Shown piece after piece: positions 10,166-21,692 of a stretch of 64,000 nucleotides of DNA; position 1 is the first letter of the stretch; each line of letters starts with the position of its first letter. Source of the DNA: Ranitomeya imitator. Taxonomy: Eukaryota. Under the pieces are notes generated by a model. It saw nothing but the letters and a program-made list of their open reading frames with translations. It did not search any database and had not been told where the DNA came from. A program made the translations under genes and the position numbers. The stretch is taken from NCBI RefSeq assembly GCF_032444005.1, contig NC_091286.1:487630001-487694000 (forward strand), written 5' to 3'.

Positions 10166-11122
10166 TGTTAGGTGTCGAGTTCCCACCTCTGCACAGGGAG
10201 AATCTCGAACCATCTCTGCTGCGGTCTCCCATTCTTCTCCAGCCGCAGTGGAGTCTGCTCAGCGGAGACGTTGTTCCCAGCGTCTTGCTCAGTCTCACTC
10301 TGTGCATAGGATTACCGCTGCCTTTCCTGCTTCTGCCATTGAAGCCATTGCTGGGCAGCGGCGAGCAGATGCTTTTGGGACCTAAGTCCTGCTTTTTCCC
10401 TTCTGAGCATGTCCAGGGTGAGATCTCCCATTGGAGATTGAAGGTCACATGCTCAGATGCTGCAGCAATTCCCATTGGTCTTTATTGGAAGGTCCTGAAC
10501 GTGCTGCAGCTATATAAGCTGCGCATGACCGCAAGGCCATGCGCTAATGTACATTTGTAAATGTGTGTGTGCTGTGAGTGAAAGCCGTTCATTAAAATCC
10601 CCTCCCTATTGGATGACTGTTCGCGGAAGGTGGGTGATTGCTATCTAGCGCCCGACTTAGCTACCAGCACGTTACACACCATACAGCGTCTAATCGCTGT
10701 CACCGCCAGTGCGGCGCCATGTGCTTTCACAGCGCTTTCCTGACCCAAGCCTGGGTGGTTAGTGGCGTCCGCCAGTGCGACACCGCATGCACTCTCATGC
10801 ATCTGTTATTATTACCTTGGCTACGCTGACACCCCCTTAGCGGTGTCGAGCGCAAGTAGTCTAGTCGGACTCGGATCCCAAGTCTTGGGACTGAGCTTGG
10901 TGACTCCTTGCTTGCGCTCTTGTGTGTGGTACCACGGCCCTGTGACTTAACAGGGTTCGCTTCCTTCTCACAGGGTGAAGTTAACCCATGTGTGCATTCA
11001 CATTGTACCGCCATATAGTCCATCATTACTTGGCAGCAGGTTCCATCTCTGCACGGTGGACCCCGGGCTACGAATGCACCTTAATCTATCTTATTATTTG
11101 GTGCGTTCCGCTAGCCCTAACA
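10166..11122 (+). mobile_element. Solo LTR inserted in a PLE ORF
   Basis: TG..CA termini with TSD ACATC (10161-10165, 11123-11127). Removing it restores the in-frame PLE peptide DSKVRC|ILDFHSRSDEV. Confidence 0.93.
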
Positions 11123-13700
11123 ACATCTTACCTTGGAATCAGTGTTTATTCTGTTGATCTTTTTCTTTAACAATTCAGTCCGATTGCTTGTCTGTGCCCA
11201 TCTATAGGCCTGACAAATACATTGTAATCCATATCCACAATCCAGGAATCGTTGTTGAAGGTCAAGGGCTTGTTTAGTAAAATTGGATTCACTAGAGCTT
11301 ATCCTTCTAGCTCTAAAGAACTGTCCTGTTGGAATTTTCTGGATTAGATGTCTTGGGTGTTGTGATGAAGCATGAAATAGAGTGTTTTTGGAGGTAGGTT
11401 TTTGGAAAAGATCCGTTTGTAAATATCCGTCCTCAACCTGAACAAGGATGTCCAAAAATCAATATGGGTTTTACTTGATTTATGTGTCAATCTGACATTA
11501 TTATCATTTTGGTTCAGATCCATGAGGAATTTCTCCAGTTCCAATTGGGATCCATGCCATATCATTAGCACATCATCGATGTATCTACCCAAAAAATAGC
11601 CTTTTCACATAGGGCCACCGAGTCTGTTTGGAAGATAGCCCTCTCCCACAGCCCCAGGAAAAGATTAGCATACGGGGGCGCACAAGACACCCCAATGCTG
11701 TCCCCAGGAGCTGCAGGTAGAGGGCATCACCAAACATAAAAAAATTGTGGGTAAGTATGAATTTCAAGGCAACCAAAACAAATTCACACAGATCACTGTT
11801 AAGGCTACTAGTACTCAAATAAAATTTAACTGCATTCAACCCGTCCTCGTGGCGAATAGAGGTATACAGTGACTCATCATCACACGTCACTAGATACATG
11901 TCTGATTCCAGCTGGATACCATCTAATCTCTTCAAAACATCAGATGTGTTCTGGAGATATGACGGCAGGGTGTCTACCAGTGGCCTAAGGTAGTGATCGA
12001 CTAATTTACTTAAGGGGTCACAAATATTTTTCATCCCCGAGACTATAGGCCTTCCTGGAGGTGTCACTGAATCCTTATGGATCTTGGGAAGGAGGTAGAT
12101 GGTTGTAATCATTGGTTCATCGATCCAAAGTCCATTTATTTGCTCATTTGTTAATATGCCCTTGTCAAGAGCCTCTGAGAGCATAATCTGCAATTCAGTT
12201 CTAAACTTGGACAAGGGATTAAATGTAAGTTTACGATAGCAGTCTGTCTTTAATTGTCTGTTCATCTCCTCATACATACTCGTCGGCCAGATAACAATGC
12301 TCCCACCCTTATCCGATGGTTTCACGACCACTTCTTTCATTTGTTCAAGTTCCTTCAGTGCACATCTCTCCCTATAATTTAAGTTATCCCACTTAATAGT
12401 TTCTGGGATTGTCTGAATCTCCCGAGTTACCAATTTAACAAAAAGATCTACCTCTGGAAAGGCAGTGATCTGTGGACATTTTCTCGATTTAGTTAGCAAG
12501 TTTGATGGGAACTTACTTATCATGCCGGTATCAGATTCTGCCGCTAGTTCCTCCAAGTTTCAATGCTTCCTTTTCTGCTTCTGATGGAAAAATATCATCA
12601 GTTGCATGATCAAAATAAATCTTCTTATAAATCAACTTTCTTGCAAATAGCTGCAAATCTTTTACAGCAGAAAAACAATTAAATCTAGATGATGGTGAAA
12701 ATGACAGACCCCGATTAAGAACAGAAAGCTGATCTTTTGTAAGAATGATATTAGAGAGATTGATTACCTTAAGAGTGGTATCTGTCTGACTTTCCATGGT
12801 ATGGTATCCTCTCAGGACGTTTCTTGTTATCGCATCGACGATAAGGTTCAAATCTTCTTTTGCCATATCTCAATGGATATCTCTCATTCTCAGTATAGGA
12901 GCTGTGGGATGTACTAGCTGTAGATGTAGCAGTGTGCTCTGATGCTGTTCTTTCCACATTCACATTCTTCTTATGTTGCCACCTAAACATCCTGTTTTCT
13001 TTATCACTCAAATCCCTTTTTGGTTTTAGTTTCCAAGATTTGAGCTTCCCACTCCACAAAGCATTTGTCCATTTCGATTTTGTAATCATTAATTTCTTCA
13101 GTGGAACATTGTTGTTGTAACTTATTCTGTATCTCATCAATTTCAACATTCAGATTTTCAAGGCTCTTACTGTTCATTTCAACAAGCAGTTGCATAAAAG
13201 TGATGGAACATAAATTACATAACGATTCCCATCTAAGCCTAAGGCTATTATCTTCCACTGGAAAAGTCGGGAAAATCTGAATATGGAGGCCACGGGGTAC
13301 TAGACCTTTGGTGATGTAATTCTCTAGAAAGGTCATATTCCACCATAAGCGAGTTCGACGATTAAGGAAATTTTTTAAAACCTTTTTAAAAGCAGTCTTC
13401 TGAGCCGATTCCTGTACTTGCGGAGCCCCATTAGAGAAGATATTTTGGACACGTACAGTCCAGGAGGCATCTCTACTCCGGAAATCCATCACGATCACTG
13501 CATAAATTTGCAGGATAATAATTATCAACAACTCCAATAAATCATCTCAATAATATGTACCAGAGAAAAGTGATATCTAACATTCTAGCATTCCACATTA
13601 TTACTATTATACTAATGCACCTTACATATATTCTCTTTATATTTTGGTATTTTGTGCTTGACCACTACTGTCTGCAGTTCGGATTAAACTAATTAATGAG

Positions 13701-13702
<2 letters not shown>

Positions 13703-13741
<39 letters not shown>
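13703..13741. repeat. (AT)n microsatellite
   Basis: About 19 uninterrupted AT units. Confidence 0.95.
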
Positions 13742-13742
<1 letters not shown>

Positions 13743-14118
13743 CTATTCAATGTGTTTAGAGTTTGTTTATTGATACATTCTGTTTGTGATAGTGATTAAC
13801 ACTACCCTGGGTTGTATCATATGTTAATCTAGCCACCTTTTCAGCCATACCTGCCGTTCCTTTCCTGTAATTGATCCTTTTCCCCTATTTATAGATGTAG
13901 TATTTTATGTGTTTTTATTGATGTTGTTATTGGTATAAATAAAGATTACATTGTTTTAACCAGTTTTCTAAGCGTGAACTTTGGTGAGAATAATTTGGAA
14001 TAAGTGGGTTATGTAGCCAAAGAACAAAGTATCTCTGATGCTGAATCAAATTATATTTTATTGGCTATGTGCAGCAAGTAAAATTCTTTATAAAACACAA
14101 TAAAACTTATTAAAATAA

Positions 14119-14157
14119 ACACAATGCCTTTCGGCCTTGAAGGCCTTCATCAGGTAT
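14119..14157 (-). ncRNA. Minimal type-I hammerhead ribozyme motif in the PLE 5' pseudo-LTR
   Basis: Minus strand: ATAC-CTGATGA-A-GGCC-TTCAA-GGCC-GAAA-GGCA-TT-GTGT. Core and stem II are perfect, stem I is 4 bp, stem III is weak. Confidence 0.65.
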
Positions 14158-14954
14158 ATAATAAAATGATTTTGTTAGAAACTACTTATACCCCACTTTC
14201 ATTGCTAATAGGTGTGGTTGTACTAACTGAGGATCCAATCTCTATCTATCAAACTTTTTATCCATTAGAATACATTTATTAAAACTTACTTCTCATGAAA
14301 ATAATACTGTACACACGTATTATATAACATCACTCCTCTTTCACCTAGCTCAGGGTTAAAGCAATATGTCTATAAAATCTAGGAAATCACACAAGTCAGT
14401 ATACAAGTTCACAAAAAATTTGTCTGATTAAACACCTCTCTCCTCTTGTGGAGTGGTAAAATAAAAGAATTGCAGACACTAATAACAAAAAAATATATAT
14501 ATATATATTTTATTTATTTCCCCTTTTTCTTCCTTTCTCTCTCCTTCCTGTTCCATTTATTCTTATATATAGGCATATCAAATGAGAGATATACATCAAT
14601 TATGATTTAAAAGTGAGAATCATCTGTCTAATCAGGTACCAAATTCAAAATATTAGCCAATAACACTTATATCCAGGGGTGATCATTCTTTTGCGTGCAC
14701 TTTTACTGCAAGTAGCCATCAAACGAAGCCCACATAGAATGACCTGCAACCCAGAGCCCCCAGAGGAGGTCCACTACACCTGTCATCCTGCAGGCAACCC
14801 CCTCCAGCATGCAACCATTCTCAAATCTTATTACAGCATGACTATCAGGGGAGGTAGTAGACTTATGAGTACTGGACACGGATTGCAGGCTATCCAAATG
14901 AGAACAGCGGCAGAGTCCCTGGTGAAGAACTGTTTCTCATCATCCACATTGTGT

Positions 14955-15045
14955 ACGTACGAAACAATGTAAAGCGCCATGGAATAAATGGCATAATAAT
15001 CATAAATAATAATTTATTAATAAAAAATAACAATAACAATAACAA
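14955..15045 (+). repeat. L2/SINE-type 3' tail
   Basis: TGTAAAGCGCCATGGAATAAATGGC followed by (AAT)n-like repeats. Confidence 0.45.
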
Positions 15046-15049
15046 GGGT

Positions 15050-17100
15050 TCAATTGATTGATCTATGCAAGATCAGAGATCTCATTCAGTCCATCAGGGT
15101 GCTGACTGCGAAGTCAGTAAATCAAATAGGACTCTTTGGCATTAAGAACTGTTTTTCTGTTTCTTGTGGATTCAGGAATTTGATTGAGTGGTTTGACTTT
15201 TATACATTCAAAGTTTTTGTTATGTGCAAGAGTTATGTGCTTTGTTGCAGAAACCCTATTTTCACATTAAGTCTATGACCATTCATTCGACTAAGTAGTG
15301 ACTGTGGTGCAGCCTACATGTATACGTCCACACTCACAGGTCACTACATACAAAACAAAATCAGAACCACAGGTTAATTCTTGGGTAAAATTGTATGTAG
15401 TATTGCTGTTATTTTATATTTAATTTTTTCTTATGATAATCTATAATTTTACAACAGTCACAACGTTTTATTTGACTTTTACAAATTCCTTTTTTCTAAT
15501 TTTTTTGACAGATGGCACATTTGTTGGTGTTGTTTTTTTTGAGGGGGTGTGAATAACTACATGCTATAAAATTTTTAATTGTTCTACCTCTACTGAACAC
15601 AATATTAGGTATTTTTGGGATCAAAGTGTTGGGTCTTTACTCACTTCGCTGTTCTCTCATTAACACTATGTTTTAGAGATTTTTTTCAGGTAATCATCAT
15701 GTTTGAGAATGGTGTTCTGCATGTACTAATGATTTTGGATACATGTTTCTTTTAACCTGGAAAGTAAAACCTGTGATTGTTGCACATAGTCTGTATTGGA
15801 TGTACAATTACGTCTAATGCGATGGAATTGACTAGATGGAATATTTGTCTTTCATTTGGAGTATAGTGAGTTAAAAAAATCCAAATAGCCATTAGTGTCA
15901 ACTAATTTAAAATGAGTTTGGCTTTTGATGTTATAATCCTCGTGGTATAGTTCTAAATCTAGGTATATAGCACTTTCCTTGGAAATATTTGCAGTGAATG
16001 AGAGCACCCAATTGTTGTTGCTGAGCTCTTCAACAAAGAGGGACGTCTCCTACTCCTACCACACCAGATCAGAGAGAGATAATTTTTTTATAACATTGAT
16101 AATATTTGATGTTATGTCTTTAGTTTTGGGACCTGATCGGCGATAGGGACTCGAACTCACCATGAACAAGTTTATGAAACTTGAGGCTCAAGAGTCCGCA
16201 TCGCTGTCTCGATTTGCTGTAAATGCAATGTTTTCTTCAACTTCAATAGATTATGTTCCAAAATTAATTTTAAACCATTTAATAAAACATTATTTCTTGT
16301 TTAAAGGGAATGGAGGTGTCCCTGTAAAAATAAAAAATCAAGGGTTAAAAAGAGATAGTCATTATCCCAGGTAAAAGCTCTGGTTTCTAGGATCAACTGT
16401 GATGAATCTCTCAAATACGAAAGTTATACGATAACATGACATTGTAAGTACAGATCTATAAAGTGAAACAATTTACTTGTAAGCAACCCTATCCTTGAGA
16501 TGACAGGAAGTCCTGGGGATTTTTTTGGGGGGATTTTAGGAAGATGATAGAATGGCTTGACTTGGACAAGTTTTAGTAAGAAAATGCATCTCTTTTTCAT
16601 TTATTATTTTGGCTCGATGTGCTTCATTGATGAGAAAGAGTACTATTTTTAGGACTCATTGGGGATCACGTTTTAATATTTCATATCTGCTAAGATATTT
16701 TTGGCTTCTTGAATTTAATCATCCACATTTTCCAGTAGTACTCGCCCTACATTGTCTTATAACAATTTTGTTATTAGTTTGCAGACATTTGAGTGCCTCT
16801 CTCTCTTTTTCCACCAAATTACTAATACCACCAGAATTTCTATTGATATCCTCAAACTCTTTCATCACAACTGAATAAAAAGTTGCAAGGTGGTGACTTT
16901 TATGATAAAATTTCTAAACTTGTGATGCTACTTCTTGACGTTTGTATGGGTCAATTTCAGCAATATTAAAATCTTCTTTTCTATTATTTGTTTTCTGATC
17001 TAAATTTGAAAATGTCTGTTTATAGTTAATTTTTGAATTAATTTATTAAGATCCGAGAAGAGATGGAATCCATTTGCTTTTTGGGAAGGACAGAAATGTA
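15050..17100 (-). pseudogene. Older, heavily decayed Penelope-like element (RT, thumb, GIY-YIG)
   Basis: Manual translation gives NL.EKEREALKCLQTNNKIVIR, SYLRDSSQLI, YLDLEL..THFK.VD.NGYL, IPSSQFHRIRRNCT, VTCECGRIHVGCTT and KESYLIY*L..HPDGLNE, with many stops. Confidence 0.8.
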
Positions 17101-18099
17101 ACTCCTTAAAGAGTATGGATGTTTCATCTTTGTCGAGGACATGACCATTGCACGCAAAGCCAACATCTTTCCCCAATTGATGGCTGTTTTAATAAACCAT
17201 CAAGAGCGTTTAACAGCCACGGGTAGAGTGGTGCGCTGCCCACAGCTGTGAACGTGTTAAATCCAACTGTCAATCAGTGACAATGGGTTTTAACATGCAT
17301 TGGTCAGGACTAGGGTTGAGCGATCTTGACTTTTTTAAAGTCGAGTCGGGTTTCGCAAAACCCGACTATCTCAATAGTCGGGTCGAGTGAAATCGGCCGA
17401 TTATGACGTAAAGTCGGGATCGACCGAAACACGAAACCCAATGCAAGTCAATGGGGCAGCATAGTCGGCAGTGATTGGGGGCCAGGAAAACACCTAGAGT
17501 GCCCATTTTAATGCCAAAACCATGCATTCTTCTTAATGAAGCTTGTCAATCTTAATTTCCCTTATAATAATAGTTAAGGTAAGGTAAGTATTTAAACTTT
17601 GCAAGTGCTGTGATCCTGAGCAAGCAGGGGGGGGCACTCGTTGGCATTGGCACTAGCACAGGGCCCCTCAAAGTACGGCGGTGTGTTTGCACGGCGGGGG
17701 CGCCTCCCACCGGCAGTGACACTTTTGCGTACTATGAGGGGCCCTGTGCCAGTGACGTCGCCAACGAGTATTCCTCCCCCCACCTGATGAAGGAACCTGC
17801 ACTTTCATCTGCACCTTCCTCTTTGTCCCCGTGTAAGATGGTATGGTATGCGGGAAGAGGAACCTGACTTTCAACAGGGTCACAATCTTGCTGTGTGGCG
17901 TGCACGGGGAATGTTGCGTTATCGGTCAATGTACTAGCAGACTCATCTATCACTGGCTGAGCAATGGGCAGGATGAGGAGGAAACACAGATATAGGCCCA
18001 AAGAATAAAGTGGTTTAAATGCAGTTCAAAATTGGTAAGAGGACTAACCAGGGGGCATTGCTTTGTTCAGTGGAGGACAACTGTAATGAGAGGCTGACA

Positions 18100-19480
18100 C
18101 AGAGAGTAGGCCCAAATCAGTAATTAGTCTAAATGCCGTTCGAAATTGGCAACAGTAGTAAACAGGCGGCACAGCTTTGTTCAGTGGAGGAGAACAGCAA
18201 GGAGCGGCAGACACCAATAGTAGGCCCCAACCCAACTAGTAGGCCAAATGCAGTCTAACATTAACAACTACTTAACGAGAGCCTGAAAATGGAATTTCAG
18301 GACAGGAAACCAGGAGAACAGCAAGGAGCGGCAGACACTGTTAGTAGGCCCCAACCCAACTAGTAGGCCAAATGCAGTTGTTCCATTTAACAACTATTTA
18401 TCAAGAGCCTGAAGATAGAAGCTCAGGAAAGGCAACCTGGAGAACACCTTGGAGCGGAAGACACCGTCTCTACAACCCAGACCCAACTTGTAGGCCGAAT
18501 GCAGTGTTGTTTTCAACAACTACTTAAGAAGAGCCTCAAGATTGAAGCAATGGAGAGGCAACCTGGAGAACACCTTGGAGCGGAAGACACCGTCTCTACA
18601 CCCCTGACCCAACTTGTAGGCCGCATGCAGTGTTGTTTTCAACAACTACTAAACGAGAGCCAGAAGATTGAAGCAATGGAGAGGCAACCTGGAGAGCACC
18701 TTGGAGCGGCAGACACTGGTAGTAGGCCCCAACCCAAGTACTAGCCCCACTGCAGTTAGATTTACAAAAAAATACTAAACGAGAGCCTGAAGATCAAAGC
18801 TCAGAAAAGGCAACCCGGAGAACACCTTGGAGCGGCAGACACTGGTAGTAGGCCCCAACCCAAGTACTAGCCCCACTGCAGTTAGATTTAAAAAAACTAC
18901 TAAACGAGAGCCTGAAGATCAAAGCTCAGAAAAGGCAACCCGGAGAACACCTGGGGGCGGCAGACACTGGTAGTAGGCCCCAAACCCAAGTACTAGCCCC
19001 ACTGCAGTTAGATTTAAAAAAAACTACTAACTGAGAGCCTGAAGATCAAAGCTCAGAAAAGGCAACCCGGAGAACACCTTGGAGCGGCAGACACTGGTAG
19101 TAGGCCCCAACCCAAGTACTAGCCCCACTGCAGTTAGATTTAAAAAAACTACTAAACGAGAGCCTGAAGATCAAAGCTCAGAAAAGGCAACCCGGAGAAC
19201 ACCTTGGAGCGGCAGACACTGGTAGTAGGCCCCAACCCAAGTACTAGCCCCACTGCAGTTAGATTTAAAAAAACTACTAAACGAGAGCCTGAAGATCAAA
19301 GCTCAGAAAAGGCAACCCGGAGAACACCTTGGAGCGGCAGACACTGGTAGTAGGCCCCAACCCAAGTACTAGCCCCACTGCAGTTAGATTTAAAAAAAAC
19401 TACTAAACGAGAGCCTGAAGATCAAAGCTCAGAAAAGGCAACCCGGAGAACACCTTGGAGCGGCAGACACTGGTAGTAGG
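18100..19480. repeat. Tandem array, ~123-bp unit (6-7 near-identical copies plus diverged copies)
   Basis: Unit CACCTTGGAGCGGCAGACACTGGTAGTAGGCCCCAACCCAAGTACTAGCC... is repeated. Confidence 0.9.
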
Positions 19481-19859
19481 CTTTAAACCCAAAATTTTGG
19501 TCAATGGAGTTTATAAAATGTTCCAGGGGTACACAGGCAGCATTGGTGTGGTAAGCGGAGGACAATTTCTATTTGGGACTGCAGACAGACTTAGTAGGCT
19601 GTCCCCTGTGGACCATGCATCCACAACATTAACCCAGTGCGCCGTAATGGACATGTAACCTTTCGTGGACATGCCTACTGGTCCATGCATCTGTTGTCAG
19701 GTGCACCTTTCTACTATTAGATAGCCTGAGAGCATGGACCATGCAGATTTTTACATCATGGTGGAGGGCTGGGATGGCTTTTCTCGCAAAAGAAGTGACG
19801 ACTGGGTAGCTCTTACCGTGGTACAGCGTAGTCCATCTGGGCTTTATAATTATAAATTA

Positions 19860-21130
19860 AAGAAAAAAAGTAGGCTGTATGCACTTTGAAATAGGTTCCA
19901 GGGGTACACGGGTGGCAGTGGACTGGTCACTGGAGGACTAGTGGAAGGAGGGACCGCAGACAGGCGTAGTAGGCCTAACATTATAAAATTGGGCTGTAGG
20001 CACTTTATAATTGGTTCCAGGGGTACACGGGCAGCATTGGTCTGGTCAGTGGAGGAGTAGTAGAAAGAAGGTACCGCAGACAGGCTTTGAAGGCCTAACA
20101 AAAAAATTGGGCTGTAGGCACTTTTAAATAGGTTCCATGGGTACACGGGCAGCATTGGTCTGGTCAGTGGAGGAGTAGTAGAAAGAACGGACCGCAGACA
20201 GACTTCGAAGGCCTAACATAATAAAATTGGGCTGTAGGCACTTTATAATTGGTTCCAGGGGTACACGGGCAGCAGTAGACAGGTCAGTGGAGGCCTAGTG
20301 GAAGGAGGGACCGCAGACAGGCTTCGAAGGCATAACATAAAAAAAATTGGGCTGCAGGCACTTTAAAATAGGTTCCAGGGGTACACGGGCAGCATTGGTC
20401 TGGTCAGTGGAGGAGTAGTAGAAAGAAGGTACCGCAGACAGGCTTCGAAGGCCTAACATAAAAAAATTGGGCTGTAGGCACTTTTAAATAGGTTCCAGGG
20501 GTACATGGGCAGCATTGGTCTGGTCAGTGGAAATGTAGTAGAAAGAACGGACCGCAGACAGGCTTCGAAGGCCTAACATAATAAAATTGGGCTGTAGGCA
20601 CTTTATAATTGGTTCCAGGGGTACACGGGCAGCAGTAGACAGGTCAGTGGAGGCCTAGTGGAAGGAGGGACCGCAGACAGGCTTCGAAGGCCTAACATAA
20701 AACAAATTGGGCTGCAGGCACTTTAAAATAGGTTCCAGGGGTACACGGGCAGCATTGGTCTGGTCAGTGGAGGAGTAGTAGAAAGAAGGTACCGCAGACA
20801 GGCTTCGAAGGCCTAACATAAAAAAATTGGGCTGTAGGCACTTTTAAATAGGTTCCAGGGGTACACGGGCAGCAGTGGTCTGGTCAGTGGAGGAGTAGTA
20901 AAAAGAAGGGACCGCAGACAGGCTTCGAAGGCCTAACATAAAAAAATTGGGCTGTAGGCACTTTTAAATAGGTTCCAGGGGTACACGGGCAGCATTGGTC
21001 TGGTCAGTGGAGGAGTAGTAGAAAGAAGGGACCGCAGACAGGCTTCGAAGGCCTAACATAAAAAAAATTGGGCTGTAGGCACTTTATAATTGGTTCCAGG
21101 GGTACACGGGCAGCATTGGTGTTGTCAGCG
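19860..21130. repeat. Tandem array, 120-bp unit, with a 360-bp higher-order period
   Basis: Unit AAAATTGGGCTGTAGGCACTTT..GGTTCCAGGGGTACACGGGCAGC. Lines 20221/20581, 20281/20641 and 20341/20701 are near identical. Confidence 0.9.
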
Positions 21131-21692
21131 GAGGCCGATTGTAATGAGTGTCTGCCAGTTAGTAGTCCCAAACAATAAATAGATGTTAATCTCTCGCATG
21201 ACAACAAAACGAAACCACCAAAGGGTGCAATCATTCAGTACTGGGGTGGGCTCCTCTGCGGAGTTTCAGACCTAGTAATTTGGCGCAAAGTATTTACTTG
21301 GGTAAATATAGGACACTGCCCCGGACTATGTTATGTGCCATCATACATGTCAATACAATGGTATTGTCAGTGGCTGGAATTTAAGGATGTCAGCGAATAG
21401 ACTAAACATTGGTGGAACTGTGAGCTGGGGGTGGGGGAACTCTCTTGTGGCCGGCGGTACAGGCCCAGGGCCCCTCATGTTACAACAGTGTATCTGACGT
21501 TGGGTGCGCACCACCACCGCCAGAGACACTTTATTGTACTATGAGGGACCCAGTGGCAGTGCCTTCGACCAAAAGCGGGCACACCCACCTCTTCAGACAA
21601 ACAGCACTCTCACGGGTGCTGGCGCCAAGTGGCGATACCACGGCCCCGTGTGGGGAGTTTGGCCATTTAGGGAGGTGTAAACATGTCGTATG

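Larger units (their letters stand above)
10130..14200 (-). mobile_element. Penelope-like retroelement (N-terminal domain, RT, thumb) with several frameshifts; its own endonuclease not seen
   Basis: ORF pieces: 13004-13537 (YITKGLVPRGL), 12531-12866 (VINLS..LT..VL.RGLSF.P), 11585-12556 (KPSDKGG, LPKIHK, PPGRPIVSG, SLYTSI), 11344-11592 (RYIDD), 11117-11455 (HP.H..IP.GQF.R.RRI). Confidence 0.9.

Noticed and set aside
17100-17310. Sequence split by the hAT (joined to 33705-33900) as a disrupted exon
   Set aside because: After rejoining at the TSD, no long open frame or recognisable peptide emerges.
18100-19480. Regular repeats resembling a CRISPR array
   Set aside because: There are no unique spacers; these are simple tandem units in eukaryotic TE context, with no cas genes.
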